Shown here piece by piece: positions 46,059 through 56,684 of a stretch of 64,000 nt of DNA. Origin of the DNA: Candidatus Microgenomates bacterium (GTDB lineage: Bacteria; Patescibacteriota; JACPGU01). A program made the position numbers and the translations under genes. The notes under the pieces are model-generated. The model saw nothing but the letters and a program-made list of their open reading frames with translations. It did not search any database and was not told the origin of the DNA. The stretch spans positions 40,198 to 104,197 of the forward strand of contig JACPGU010000004.1 in assembly GCA_016188915.1 (NCBI GenBank), in the 5' to 3' direction. Position 1 is the stretch's first letter; every line of letters starts with the position of its first letter.

Positions 46059-49000
46059 ATGTTCTTGAAAAGAAAAGTCAAAAATCTAATCGCCGTTGTC
46101 GCTTCTATCTATGTGGCTAGTATTTTTCTAAATCCAGCTAGTTTTTTGGAGATAACAAAAGATAACAATTCCGTTGCTGCTGCTAGTTTTGGCAATTATG
46201 GCAGAGAATTTTATGTGGTTTTTCCTTCCAGCGCCTATGGCTGTTCTGCTTTAGGTGGTTTAGGCACCATATTTACATTGGGAATGGCTAATGTTCCTTC
46301 GGGGTGCAAAGATCCTGCCCAAAGGATAATAGTACAATCTACAAGCTCTTTTGATGCAGGGGAAACAGGGAGATATGAACTTTATTATCCAGGCGATAAT
46401 GATGGTGGCGGATGGCTTAATCCTTTCGGGAAAAACGAATTTGTATGGTCCAAAAAAAATACTGGCTTGACGCAAGAGTCGATAGAAAAATATTCTGCCA
46501 ATATTCATAATTTTCTTCCGGACAACAAATCGGGACAGGTTATGGGGAGCAATGCTGTTCATATTATTTCTGAAGTTCCGATGTCTGTTTCTATGGCTAA
46601 TAACAACGCTTTTACTCCGGCTATGTTTACGGCCATACCAGTGGAAAAATTGGGGAAAAATTATATTCTCTCATCCAGCGCCAACATGGTAGATGGTGGC
46701 AGGTCGGAATTTATAATTGTGGGTACCGTTGCTAGTACGAGGGTCAAAATTACCTACGGAAAACATAGTTCAAAATCGGGTCAGACCAAAACTATTACTC
46801 TTGGAGCATCTGATACTTACGGAGAGATATTGAATAATACCATGGGCACCACAATCGATGTGGAATCCGGTGGTAATATAGCCGTGATAACGGCTGACCA
46901 AAATAATTACCAAGCTTGGTGGAGCCAAGTCCCGCCGATAAGTTCTCTGGGCAATAAATATGTAGCCACAGTCAATAGCGGAGGTAACTCAACCGGAGTT
47001 GTTATTGTGGCTACTCAGGACGGTACGAAAACATCCAAGGGAAATCTATCAAAAAAAGGCGACTATATACGTTATTCCTTTTCAGAAATCCAAAGTACTA
47101 TCACATCAGATTATCCGATATTGGTTTATCAATTTGAAAAAAGCGTAAATAATGCCAATATATCTTCCACGTTTTTGGCCCCTATTGATGCGAATTCAAA
47201 TGACAATAGGGCAGATGTTTTTATGTTTGATCCAGACAGATCAGCGATGGCGGTTGGCTACGATTACAAATATACAGTAGCTATAGTAGTGAAAGAAAAT
47301 AGCGACAATAATCTAGAACTAGGGATGAGGGAATTGTACAGAGACGGGAAGCTGGCATCAATAGCGAGTGAAAAAAAAATAAATGCTTCTAACACGACCA
47401 GAACTTGTGATTCTTTTATTGATGGGTCAAACGTTTGCGTACTCTATCTATGGAATTTTGATTTTCAGTCAGGCAAAAGATATCGCATATATCCTTTGTC
47501 TACTAGCGACTACATTCATCAAGTATCTGTATCGTCTGATAATTCTCTTTTGAACTATTTTATTTATTCTGCTTCGGCTGTTTATTCTATTACTCCGCCG
47601 GAGAATCTATCCTGTTTTGTTTCACCGCAGAACTCCCTGGATCCCAATTTGAGTATTTCTTCTGTGGACAAAGAGGATGATATTATTGCTTATAAATACG
47701 GCATCAATACTCCAGGTGTGTATAATTATTCTATTGCTAGCAATTTTGCTTCTGGAGAGACCGCTAGAACCGCCGTAAACTTGTCGCCATATGGCTATGG
47801 CGTGCTTTCTACTATCTGGGTGCAAGCGACGGACAGTTCTGGTTTGTCCGCCACCACTACTTGCGCAGTTACTCCAATCCCTGATTTTGACTTCAGTCTA
47901 GCCGCCGATCCCAATAGCTCTACTATTTATCAAAATACGGTAGTGCCCGTAGCCGTAAAAGCGGCTCTCGTCAATCTCTCTTCTCCTTCAGAAAAAATAA
48001 ATTTTGCCACCGGCGATATTAAAGTTTTTAAATCAACGGATGATATCAGCAAAGCTACGCCTCTTAGCAACTCTGTTCATGGTATGACTTTTGGTTATGA
48101 TGCCGGCGCCACTGATTCTTGCACGCCTTACGCAAATTCTGGATGTTCGGTAAAACTAAAAGTGACAACCACCAACAAAACAGGTAATTTCAAAGTAGTT
48201 ATCCCGGGAAAATCCGTCAGCAATAAAGAGAAAAAAGCGGATTCATCCTTCAATATTACGATTACTCCACAATCCGCTATCAAGGCTTATTCCAATATAG
48301 AAATTCCCGCCAGTGTTGCTTTGCGTATTGAAAAAAGCACTACTCCGCCAGCGACACCTTCCTACAATGTGACCATTGCCAAGGGTGGAGGTACCTGGAC
48401 AGAAAATAATCCGGTAACAGGAATATCGTATCGCATTAGGTACACAGATTCTTCAGGTAGTACCAGGAGTGATTGCCCGACTTTTGACGATTATTTGGCT
48501 AGCCCGCCCACGAATGCTTCAGGAAACACAGCCTATGTTCAATCCTTAAGCCTTGGCGCCACTATTACTTTTAATTGTTCTTACACTCCTAAAACAGACA
48601 GTGTTACTGTTTATTCCAATAAGGGAATGGCTAGTAATTTCTACCTTTCTGGACCAGCTAATTATACTAGTTATAAAGTTAGTGGGGACAATGGATCTGT
48701 CGCAATTAATAATGCTCCAGTCAGCAAGACAAAAAAATATACTCTAATTTGCTCAGAATTATCAGGGTATAGTGTCAGCACCGAGTATCGATCTAGTTTT
48801 GATACGCCATCTTTGCCCACTGGTACTTTTACCAATGGCAATAGCGGAACACTTTATTATGATACAGACTCCAACAGCAGTCACTTAGAATTTAAATGTC
48901 TTTATTCTCTTAAAAAGGGGACCATTAAGGTTTCCGCCAATAAGGCGACTGGCTTTATTCTCTATAACGAAACCGGAAAAACGAATATAGCTAGCGGCAC

Positions 49001-49634
49001 TATTGATGCCGACAATGGAATCAAGGAATATGTTTATACGCCAAGTCAAAATGGCGATAAGATAAAACTAACTTGCGATACCAAGGCTGGCTATGATATT
49101 CCTCAATATATCTACAACCCATCCGATCAAATATTAAAACCAGGCGCGTCTTTGGATATTGGTTGTAGCTATACGGCCAATGCTAAACCCCAAGACCTAG
49201 CGGTGTTTGCTTCTCCCACGAGAAATAATCTTGCCGTGGGGGTCAAAAGTAGCTATGTTGATAACTCTGGCCAATCTACGACTGTCAAGCGTCGTTTACT
49301 TCTAGAAAATGTGATTGATGTCGTAAAAAATGCTGACAATTCTGTCACTAGCCGCGTCAATCCAGAGAAATCAATTAGGATAGGGGATACCATCAATTTG
49401 TCTGCTCTCGCCTCTGATCAGAATAGCCAAGAGATTGCCATTGGTATCTATAATTATAATTGGGAAGTAAAAAAAGTAGAGGATAACACTGTGACTTATT
49501 CAGCAACAAACAAAACTACGATTTGGAATCCAGCCGAAATAGGCAAATATATTATTACGGTTACTTTTGATGGGCTGAAAAGCACGATAGAACTGGAAGT
49601 CTTGCCCCCTGAGCTAAAACCAGTGGTTCCATAA
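46059..49634 (+). CDS. Large secreted adhesin-like protein with an IgGFc-binding-protein-like N-terminal domain
   Basis: Signal peptide, GREFYVVF, IPVEKLGKNY, QVPPISSLGNKY, ITSDYPILVYQF; Ser/Thr-rich beta domains. Confidence 0.7.
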   Translation: MFLKRKVKNLIAVVASIYVASIFLNPASFLEITKDNNSVAAASFGNYGREFYVVFPSSAYGCSALGGLGTIFTLGMANVPSGCKDPAQRIIVQSTSSFDAGETGRYELYYPGDNDGGGWLNPFGKNEFVWSKKNTGLTQESIEKYSANIHNFLPDNKSGQVMGSNAVHIISEVPMSVSMANNNAFTPAMFTAIPVEKLGKNYILSSSANMVDGGRSEFIIVGTVASTRVKITYGKHSSKSGQTKTITLGASDTYGEILNNTMGTTIDVESGGNIAVITADQNNYQAWWSQVPPISSLGNKYVATVNSGGNSTGVVIVATQDGTKTSKGNLSKKGDYIRYSFSEIQSTITSDYPILVYQFEKSVNNANISSTFLAPIDANSNDNRADVFMFDPDRSAMAVGYDYKYTVAIVVKENSDNNLELGMRELYRDGKLASIASEKKINASNTTRTCDSFIDGSNVCVLYLWNFDFQSGKRYRIYPLSTSDYIHQVSVSSDNSLLNYFIYSASAVYSITPPENLSCFVSPQNSLDPNLSISSVDKEDDIIAYKYGINTPGVYNYSIASNFASGETARTAVNLSPYGYGVLSTIWVQATDSSGLSATTTCAVTPIPDFDFSLAADPNSSTIYQNTVVPVAVKAALVNLSSPSEKINFATGDIKVFKSTDDISKATPLSNSVHGMTFGYDAGATDSCTPYANSGCSVKLKVTTTNKTGNFKVVIPGKSVSNKEKKADSSFNITITPQSAIKAYSNIEIPASVALRIEKSTTPPATPSYNVTIAKGGGTWTENNPVTGISYRIRYTDSSGSTRSDCPTFDDYLASPPTNASGNTAYVQSLSLGATITFNCSYTPKTDSVTVYSNKGMASNFYLSGPANYTSYKVSGDNGSVAINNAPVSKTKKYTLICSELSGYSVSTEYRSSFDTPSLPTGTFTNGNSGTLYYDTDSNSSHLEFKCLYSLKKGTIKVSANKATGFILYNETGKTNIASGTIDADNGIKEYVYTPSQNGDKIKLTCDTKAGYDIPQYIYNPSDQILKPGASLDIGCSYTANAKPQDLAVFASPTRNNLAVGVKSSYVDNSGQSTTVKRRLLLENVIDVVKNADNSVTSRVNPEKSIRIGDTINLSALASDQNSQEIAIGIYNYNWEVKKVEDNTVTYSATNKTTIWNPAEIGKYIITVTFDGLKSTIELEVLPPELKPVVP

Positions 49635-49649
49635 AATTAAAACACACTG

Positions 49650-50267
49650 ATGATATTTTTGTATATGGTAAAAAAAATACATATTTTTGTTTTGGTAGCG
49701 CTCATTTTGCTGGCTACCACTACCTATATCAGCCCAGCGCAGGCGGCAGAAGTAAAATGTATCACTTCCGGTTGTTCTGCTAATCCTGGCGATACAGTAA
49801 AATTCAAGGTTCAGGCCGTGGATACTTTGGGCAATCCGATTTACTCGCCAGTGCGGTTCAAATGGTCGGTGATAGCGGATAATGGCAAATATATTGGCGA
49901 TTTTACTTTGGTGGCGGGAAAAGCTCCAATTGGCGACACCCATTTTCCGGCAGAAATTAATTCTCCTGGCCCTAATTCTCTCGATGAACCCTCTTATTCT
50001 TCTGCTTCTATAAAAATTCCCGCTATTGGTGATTTACCGATCGGGAAAATAAAAGTAGAAGCTTTCTATGGCGGAACGACGACAACGGCTGTTTATGAAA
50101 TAATTACCGCTTGCACCCGCGATCCAAAACTTTATTTTGCCATTGGGGAAGTAAAGGAGGCGGGGGCAAGTAATACCAATTGGCATAAAGCAACCGCGGA
50201 AATTTTGGAAACTTGTCGGGAAGAATACCGGCTTTTTGGTAGCACGACTTCGGGGCAAGGCAAATAA
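49650..50267 (+). CDS. Secreted Ig-like protein
   Basis: Signal peptide ending AQA, beta-rich. Confidence 0.7.
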   Translation: MIFLYMVKKIHIFVLVALILLATTTYISPAQAAEVKCITSGCSANPGDTVKFKVQAVDTLGNPIYSPVRFKWSVIADNGKYIGDFTLVAGKAPIGDTHFPAEINSPGPNSLDEPSYSSASIKIPAIGDLPIGKIKVEAFYGGTTTTAVYEIITACTRDPKLYFAIGEVKEAGASNTNWHKATAEILETCREEYRLFGSTTSGQGK

Positions 50268-50284
50268 AATAAAAGACAATAGAT

Positions 50285-51109
50285 ATGATTTATTTTTTGC
50301 GCAAAACAATAATTGCCACATTGGCCATAGTGGTTTTTACCATTGGGTTTTGGATTGTGGCAAAAAATGGAAATTTTGCGGTTTTTGCTTCTCCTTTTAG
50401 CGTGACTGGTGCTTATCCGGCTCCAAACGCTAGCGGAGAAATGACTATAGATACGGCAAAAAAATATTTCTTTTACATGCAAATAGCTAGAACTACAACC
50501 GAAAACGCACAAGACTTTTCTGTCTCCTGGTATGATGTACCGGATAGCGCTATCCCTGTCGGCGGTGGATTAGCAGGGGTAGATTACACCCTTTTGACAC
50601 CTCTATATACTGTTTCCGCGAAGCCCATAGATGTTGGCGGGAAATACGGCTATCAGACAGCGCCTTACACTTTTACTCCAGGTAAACACAATATCGCAGT
50701 AAGGATCACGAATTTATCTATTGGGGAATTCCAAATATATAGCTTTAACGGTAAAATCCTAACAGTTACCGGTGTAGGGGGGACTCCGCCTGAGCCGATT
50801 ACCTATACTTATGTGGACAATTATAATTATCCCGATGGGATTTTGGTTTATACTTCAGTTTTGGGCCCAGACAAATCCACCGCTACGCTAACCCAGGGGC
50901 AAGAAGCTGTTTATTATTTAACCGTAGTCAACCAGAGTTCGGTTAATAAAAAGGTGGATCTGAGATATTATTTACCGCTTGGCTTCACCTATGTTGGCAT
51001 GGTAGACAATAATGATCCGGCGCCCAAGCAGGAGAATAATTCTTTGGTTTGGTACGCCCTAGATGTCGGCGCGCCAGAAAGAGTATTGCAAGTAAAAGTG
51101 AGAACGTAG
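50285..51109 (+). CDS. Secreted protein with a C-terminal DUF11-like domain
   Basis: GQEAVYYLTVVN...LPLGFTY. Confidence 0.7.
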   Translation: MIYFLRKTIIATLAIVVFTIGFWIVAKNGNFAVFASPFSVTGAYPAPNASGEMTIDTAKKYFFYMQIARTTTENAQDFSVSWYDVPDSAIPVGGGLAGVDYTLLTPLYTVSAKPIDVGGKYGYQTAPYTFTPGKHNIAVRITNLSIGEFQIYSFNGKILTVTGVGGTPPEPITYTYVDNYNYPDGILVYTSVLGPDKSTATLTQGQEAVYYLTVVNQSSVNKKVDLRYYLPLGFTYVGMVDNNDPAPKQENNSLVWYALDVGAPERVLQVKVRT

Positions 51110-51139
51110 GTATAAGAAAATAAGAAAATATACAAATCG

Positions 51140-52966
51140 ATGGTAGAAAGTAAGGTAAAAAAACAAACTTTTTGGCATATGCTTTTGCTCCTCGGAGCGA
51201 TAGTCTCATTTTTTGTTTTGCCTGGCGATGTTAGCAAGGGAGCGGGGCAGGGAAAGATTACTATCCAAATCAATCCGTCCGTTAATACCACGGCCTACAT
51301 TGATGGCGCCCCAATACCTTATTTTGTCACTAATGGAAAAAGTAGCGAAATAACTTTGGCTGAAGGAGCGCACTATGTCAATCTTGACCCAGTGACGGAT
51401 CTCATCACGCCGATGCCGCCGACTCCTGATAGCCCCAAGGCTACGGGAAGAAAATTCTATCTTGCCTCCGGCGAGAACAAAATTATTAGCATAGATTACT
51501 ACCAGCCCTCCGGGCTGAAAGCCATTGGCGCTTACGAAGATGAAGTTTTGCGCTTTACTCCTTCGGCGACAATAGCGTCAGCGCAATGGGCGCTAGTAGA
51601 AGCAGTTGCCGAAATAACGCAAGACAAAAAGCATTGGCAAAGGAGTTCGGCGGAGATTTTGAATATTGGCGCTGTGCCACCGGTTATTGATATAGCCAAA
51701 ACCAATGGTATGTCTATCATTCCGATTGGTCAAAGTGGCGGGCAAGTATCTTACGATATTTCCTTCTTCGCGGCGGGCAATTTGCCAATAGGATCGCCAG
51801 CTATTATTGATGATACTTTGACGATTTTTTCTTCCGATGGGGCAGACCTGGCCAAAGTTAATATTACTGGCGCGCAGGCTATCAGCCACCCCTTGCAGAC
51901 GGTATCTAGTTTTACCGCCAAAAGCGCTCGATTTACTGTAGCCAATCCAGTAGTTGGCACGACCTATACTTTTAGAGTGACGGTAAAAATCGGCAGTTCT
52001 TTGGCGATTAATACCAGAGTATCCAATAAAGCGACCGGTTCTGTCGGTGGCTATCAAGACAGTGATACTGACGAAGACGTGGTAGCTAGCGCCTTTATCA
52101 AAGAATCAGCCGGTGGCAGTGTTTTTGGCAGGAGAGGGGTCAATCTGCGCAATCCTTCATCTACTTTGTATATTGTGGGATCGGGTGGCAATATCAAGGC
52201 GGCCTCAGAACAAGATTGGCTGGTTGGTAGCTATGGGGTTAATACCAAAAGCGTTTCTAATTTTGGCATTGATGAGGGTTGCCGACCGGAGGACCCGACT
52301 GGTTGTGGCGTGATGCAGAGTAATATTAACAAGATAAAAAAGGTTTCCAAGCAACAAACTGTTTCAGTAATCAATGGCGAGCTTGATCTAAATCCTAGCA
52401 AGACGCCAGAAGGCGGAGTAAAGGTGTTCAACAGCGGTCTGACTATTGGTTCCGCTCTGGGTGCACCAATTACCATGAAGGGTAAGGGAACTATTATCGT
52501 AGAAGGCGATTTGATAATCAAAGATGATCTGATCTATCTTGATGGCAAAAAAGACTTGGCCGGTTTTATCGTTCATAATGGCAATATTAAAATAGCGCCA
52601 AATGTCAAAAATATTAGCGGTATATTCTATGTTTATTCCGATAAAGGTGTTAGCAAAAAAGGTAGTTTTATCAGCGAAAGCTTTGGGACATCTTACGATA
52701 TTCCTTTGACTATTCGGGGCGCGGTAATTGCTAGCGGTTATTCTAATGGGACAGCGCGTAGTGATGCTATCCAGTTGGCGCGCAATTATATTGGCCCGGA
52801 ATCAGATTTTTATACTTGTGATAAAAAAACCGGAAAATGTACCGGCACAATCAAACCAGATGATCCATCTACTTGGAAACCGTCAGAAATTTTTGATTAT
52901 GACGCGCGTGTTGTATTCAGCCCGCCACCAGGATTCGCCAAAGAAGTTTTCAAGGCAAGAGAATAG
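51140..52966 (+). CDS. Secreted pilus-associated protein candidate
   Basis: Signal, PEGA/DUF11-like modules, beta-helix-like C-terminus ending YDARVVFSPPPGF. Confidence 0.6.
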   Translation: MVESKVKKQTFWHMLLLLGAIVSFFVLPGDVSKGAGQGKITIQINPSVNTTAYIDGAPIPYFVTNGKSSEITLAEGAHYVNLDPVTDLITPMPPTPDSPKATGRKFYLASGENKIISIDYYQPSGLKAIGAYEDEVLRFTPSATIASAQWALVEAVAEITQDKKHWQRSSAEILNIGAVPPVIDIAKTNGMSIIPIGQSGGQVSYDISFFAAGNLPIGSPAIIDDTLTIFSSDGADLAKVNITGAQAISHPLQTVSSFTAKSARFTVANPVVGTTYTFRVTVKIGSSLAINTRVSNKATGSVGGYQDSDTDEDVVASAFIKESAGGSVFGRRGVNLRNPSSTLYIVGSGGNIKAASEQDWLVGSYGVNTKSVSNFGIDEGCRPEDPTGCGVMQSNINKIKKVSKQQTVSVINGELDLNPSKTPEGGVKVFNSGLTIGSALGAPITMKGKGTIIVEGDLIIKDDLIYLDGKKDLAGFIVHNGNIKIAPNVKNISGIFYVYSDKGVSKKGSFISESFGTSYDIPLTIRGAVIASGYSNGTARSDAIQLARNYIGPESDFYTCDKKTGKCTGTIKPDDPSTWKPSEIFDYDARVVFSPPPGFAKEVFKARE

Positions 52967-53047
52967 CAATCAACGGTTGCGTAAAAGAGGTTTTTTGTTT
53001 ATAGTAAATATAAAGTATAAAACAAAGACAGATATAGCCAAACAAAA

Positions 53048-53764
53048 ATGTTAGACATAGATATTTCCAAAATCAGCAACGCGGTAGGGGAGCCGACGGC
53101 GCATTTCGTAGAAAGTGAAAAAGACCGCGAGGATAGACTCAAAATAGCTGTCTTTTCGGCTGTTTTTACAGGAATTTTTTTGATCGGAACATTACTTGTT
53201 TTTATCTTGGGTAGTCTCGCTAGCGCTCGCGCTAAAACTTTAGCCGATAGTGTGGCCGATCTCAAAACTGCCAATCAAGAGCTTTTGGATGTGGAAAAAG
53301 AAGCTTCCATTATTGAACGTCGCAACAAAAATGCTCTGACGAGTGTCAATTCTGTCCCGATGTGGTCGGTAGTTTTTGAAGAGATCTCTAAAATCAATCC
53401 CAAAAATGTCACCTTCAATCGTTTTGAAGCTGACTCGGTGAGCTCGGTTAGGATTAGTGGCACGAGTGAAAATTATGAAAATTTAGCCAAATTGATTGTC
53501 TCCTTGGAACAGTCAGACTTTTTTACCAATGTTGTTCTATCTTCTTCAGCAATGATTTTGGGAGAGGGGAGGGCCAAGGTGGAATTCTCTTTATCGTCTG
53601 GTATTACCAAAGATTTTAGCAAGGGGACATTGGCAAAGGAGGGGCAAAAGATAATTGTTCCGCCACAGGCTACTGAAAATAATATTCAATCACCAGGAGA
53701 AAATACTCCGGCAGATATCAATCCTCCTGCTTCGGAAAACCCAGGGGAGTTACCTTCATTATAA
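53048..53764 (+). CDS. pilN: Type IV pilus alignment protein PilN
   Basis: TM, coiled coil, WSVVFEEISKINP, SLEQSDFFTNV. Confidence 0.75.
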   Translation: MLDIDISKISNAVGEPTAHFVESEKDREDRLKIAVFSAVFTGIFLIGTLLVFILGSLASARAKTLADSVADLKTANQELLDVEKEASIIERRNKNALTSVNSVPMWSVVFEEISKINPKNVTFNRFEADSVSSVRISGTSENYENLAKLIVSLEQSDFFTNVVLSSSAMILGEGRAKVEFSLSSGITKDFSKGTLAKEGQKIIVPPQATENNIQSPGENTPADINPPASENPGELPSL

Positions 53765-53768
53765 AAAT

Positions 53769-54440
53769 ATGCTAGAACAAAACCCAAAAATAAAAAAAGT
53801 TTTAGATAAACAGAAAAAATCTGTGAGCAAATTTTTCAGTGTGGGAGAAAATCAAATCGGTTCTATTTTCCTTGTTGTTATTTTGGTGGTGATGGTAGTG
53901 GGCAATTTTGTTTTACGCCCTGTTAATATTAATTACAAAAACCAAAAAATCGCGATAAAAAATTATACTACCGAAAAGGCTTTACTAGAATCAAAAAAGA
54001 AAAAATTGGAAAATCTATCACAAGATTTACTGGCTAACAAAATTTTTATTGATCAAGTCAAAGATATTTTGCCAGAGACAGAACAGGTGCCTGAACTTTT
54101 GGTGGCGCTGGAAGAAATAGCCAAAAAACATTCTTTGTATATCACCAATTTTTCTCCCAAACCAAAAGTAGAAGAGAGGACAGTAGTTCGCGGTGAGGGA
54201 GGGACAGCTGGTGATAATATTGTGGCAACGGCCGATAGAGAAGCATTGGAATTACAATTTGATTTGACTGGCTCCTATGCTTCACTCCTAGATTTTTTGA
54301 AAGATTTGGAAAATAATATCAGACCCCTTAGCGTCAAGGTGATTAACGCCAGTGGCGGAGGAGTGGATACTATTACCAATACCCAATTGCCTTTACGTTT
54401 CAGCATTACAGCTGATGTTTATTATCAGCCGAGAAAATAA
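53769..54440 (+). CDS. pilO: Type IV pilus alignment protein PilO
   Basis: TM, coiled coil, LPETEQVPELL, GSYASLLDFLKDLENNIR. Confidence 0.8.
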   Translation: MLEQNPKIKKVLDKQKKSVSKFFSVGENQIGSIFLVVILVVMVVGNFVLRPVNINYKNQKIAIKNYTTEKALLESKKKKLENLSQDLLANKIFIDQVKDILPETEQVPELLVALEEIAKKHSLYITNFSPKPKVEERTVVRGEGGTAGDNIVATADREALELQFDLTGSYASLLDFLKDLENNIRPLSVKVINASGGGVDTITNTQLPLRFSITADVYYQPRK

Positions 54441-54455
54441 AACAAACTAATCCAT

Positions 54456-54704
54456 ATGAAAAAAGAATTAGATTTGATTACAATTTTAGGAATAGGGGCC
54501 AGTGTTTTGATGGTTTTGTTTTTTGTTTGGGTTTTTTATGCTTCTAGCCCCAGGCTTTCTGATTTGAAAGATTTTTTGCCAGCCAGAGTGCCTAGCATCA
54601 CTAGTGATGGCCTAGCGCAACAGATACCTTTTTTGAAAAAAGTCAACGCTTTACCCATCAATATTGATCCTGCCGAATTGGGTAAGGAAAACCCATACCA
54701 GTAA
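54456..54704 (+). CDS. Small membrane protein (PilP-position)
   Basis: TM, ends GKENPY, follows pilO. Confidence 0.6.
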   Translation: MKKELDLITILGIGASVLMVLFFVWVFYASSPRLSDLKDFLPARVPSITSDGLAQQIPFLKKVNALPINIDPAELGKENPYQ

Positions 54705-54769
54705 ATAGCAAGCGAACACAGCAATCTCACAATTTACTTTTTTTGCTTTCTTATTTTCTTAATAATCCT

Positions 54770-56617
54770 ATGTCCGATACAATAACGCCAGTAAAAAATG
54801 TTGGAGATTTGGCGGTAGCTCGCGGGATCATCACTCCCGAACAGCTAGACCAAGCCAAAACTACTGCCGCCAAAGAAAACGCCTTTTTAGAAGACGTTTT
54901 TGCGGCTATGGAAGGATTGTCAGGAGAAGATTTGGCAAAAATGGCAGGAGAGGTCTATGGTATGCCCTATGTGGATTTGACCGGTAAAAAGGTTCCCTTT
55001 ACTGTTTTGTCTAAATTTCCTGAAGAAATAGCCAGAAAATACAATATGGTTATTTTTGAAATGCCTTCGGAACAAGTAATCAAGGTAGCGGTAGGCAAGC
55101 CTTGGGATCCGGTGACTAAAAAAGCCTTTGATTTCATCAGAGAAAAAAATCACATTAATGTTGATCCCTACATAGCCTCTATCGCGGGTCTGGAAAAAGC
55201 TTTTGAGCAATACAAAAACCCAGTTTTGGTAGCCAAGGAAACAGGGCAGGAGCAACAACAGCCAGCTTTTGCCGCTGGTCCTAATATCCCCAAGCCTGCC
55301 GGAACGGCAACTGGCACCAAACCAGAGACCGCTCCAACAGAAGAAAGTAAGGCTGATTCTACTTTGGCCGATCTGGTCAAGGAAGATATCACCACCAGTG
55401 CTATTTTGCAGGATTTGATTAGCAATTCAGCCATTCCAAGAATAGTAGCGGCAACTATCAAGTACGCTGTTTCCTCTGGCGCTTCTGATATTCACGTGGA
55501 ACCTAATGACAAAGCAGACACCAGGATTCGTTTTCGTATTGATGGCGTTTTGCATCAGATTGCTACTCTGTCGTTCAAAGATCATCCAGCTTTCGTCTCG
55601 CGCGTGAAAATTTTGGCAAAACTAAAAATTGACGAACAGAGAGTGCCACAGGACGGCAGAATTGATGTTATCTTTGGTCAGCGGGAAATAGACCTGCGTA
55701 TTTCTACCTTTCCTACCATCAATGGAGAAAAAGTAGTAATGAGAATTTTGGACAAAGGTGGGGGAGTGATAAAACTGGAACAATTGGGTATGATGGGCAA
55801 ATCTTTTGATTATTTCGTTAATGCCATCAAAATTCCCCATGGTATTTTGCTAGTGACTGGTCCGACCGGCTCGGGTAAATCCACTACTCTATACGCGGCA
55901 ATCGCGCAATTGAATAAAGAAGGTGTCAATATTGTAACGCTAGAAGATCCGGTAGAATATCAAATCAATGGCATCAGCCAATCGCAGGTAAAGCCATACA
56001 TTGGTTACAGTTTTGCTCAAGGTCTGCGCTCTATTTTGCGTCAGGATCCCAACATTATCATGGTAGGGGAGATCCGCGATAAAGAAACAGCCGAGATGGC
56101 GGTGCAGTCAGCCCTTACCGGTCATTTGGTGCTGTCAACATTACACACTAATGACGCCGCCGGCGCTATCCCGCGTCTAGTGGATATGGGGGTGGAGCCA
56201 TTTTTGATTTCTTCTTCTTTGCATACCGTCATCGCTCAGCGTTTGGTGCGTAAAATTTGTGATTTTTGCAAAGCACCGGCCAATGTTCCAGCGGCAGTTT
56301 TGGAAGATATCAAAACTGAATATGCCAAAATACCGGATCAATACAAGCAAAATATTGCCTTAGACCCTGGGAAAATATTGCAGGGCAAGGGCTGTGGCAA
56401 ATGTAATAATTCGGGGTACAAAGGCCGTTTGGGTATTTATGAATTGCTACCGGTGACAGAAGAAGTGCAGAAATTGACTATTCAAAGGTCTTCCTCCACG
56501 GCTATTTTGAATCAAGCCATCAAGGAAGGAATGATCATAATGAAACAGGATGGAGTTTTGAAGGTTTTGCAGGGCATTACGACGATGGAAGAAGTCTATC
56601 GCGTGACGAGTATCTAG
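54770..56617 (+). CDS. pilB: Type IV pilus extension ATPase PilB/GspE
   Basis: ASDIHVEP, GPTGSGKS, EDPVE, LRQDP..MVGEIRD, tetracysteine motif. Confidence 0.93.
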   Translation: MSDTITPVKNVGDLAVARGIITPEQLDQAKTTAAKENAFLEDVFAAMEGLSGEDLAKMAGEVYGMPYVDLTGKKVPFTVLSKFPEEIARKYNMVIFEMPSEQVIKVAVGKPWDPVTKKAFDFIREKNHINVDPYIASIAGLEKAFEQYKNPVLVAKETGQEQQQPAFAAGPNIPKPAGTATGTKPETAPTEESKADSTLADLVKEDITTSAILQDLISNSAIPRIVAATIKYAVSSGASDIHVEPNDKADTRIRFRIDGVLHQIATLSFKDHPAFVSRVKILAKLKIDEQRVPQDGRIDVIFGQREIDLRISTFPTINGEKVVMRILDKGGGVIKLEQLGMMGKSFDYFVNAIKIPHGILLVTGPTGSGKSTTLYAAIAQLNKEGVNIVTLEDPVEYQINGISQSQVKPYIGYSFAQGLRSILRQDPNIIMVGEIRDKETAEMAVQSALTGHLVLSTLHTNDAAGAIPRLVDMGVEPFLISSSLHTVIAQRLVRKICDFCKAPANVPAAVLEDIKTEYAKIPDQYKQNIALDPGKILQGKGCGKCNNSGYKGRLGIYELLPVTEEVQKLTIQRSSSTAILNQAIKEGMIIMKQDGVLKVLQGITTMEEVYRVTSI

Positions 56618-56684
56618 AGACACGAATTATACAAATTGGAATACGAATCGTACAAATCCAACGCAATATTAATTGTTTTTATAG

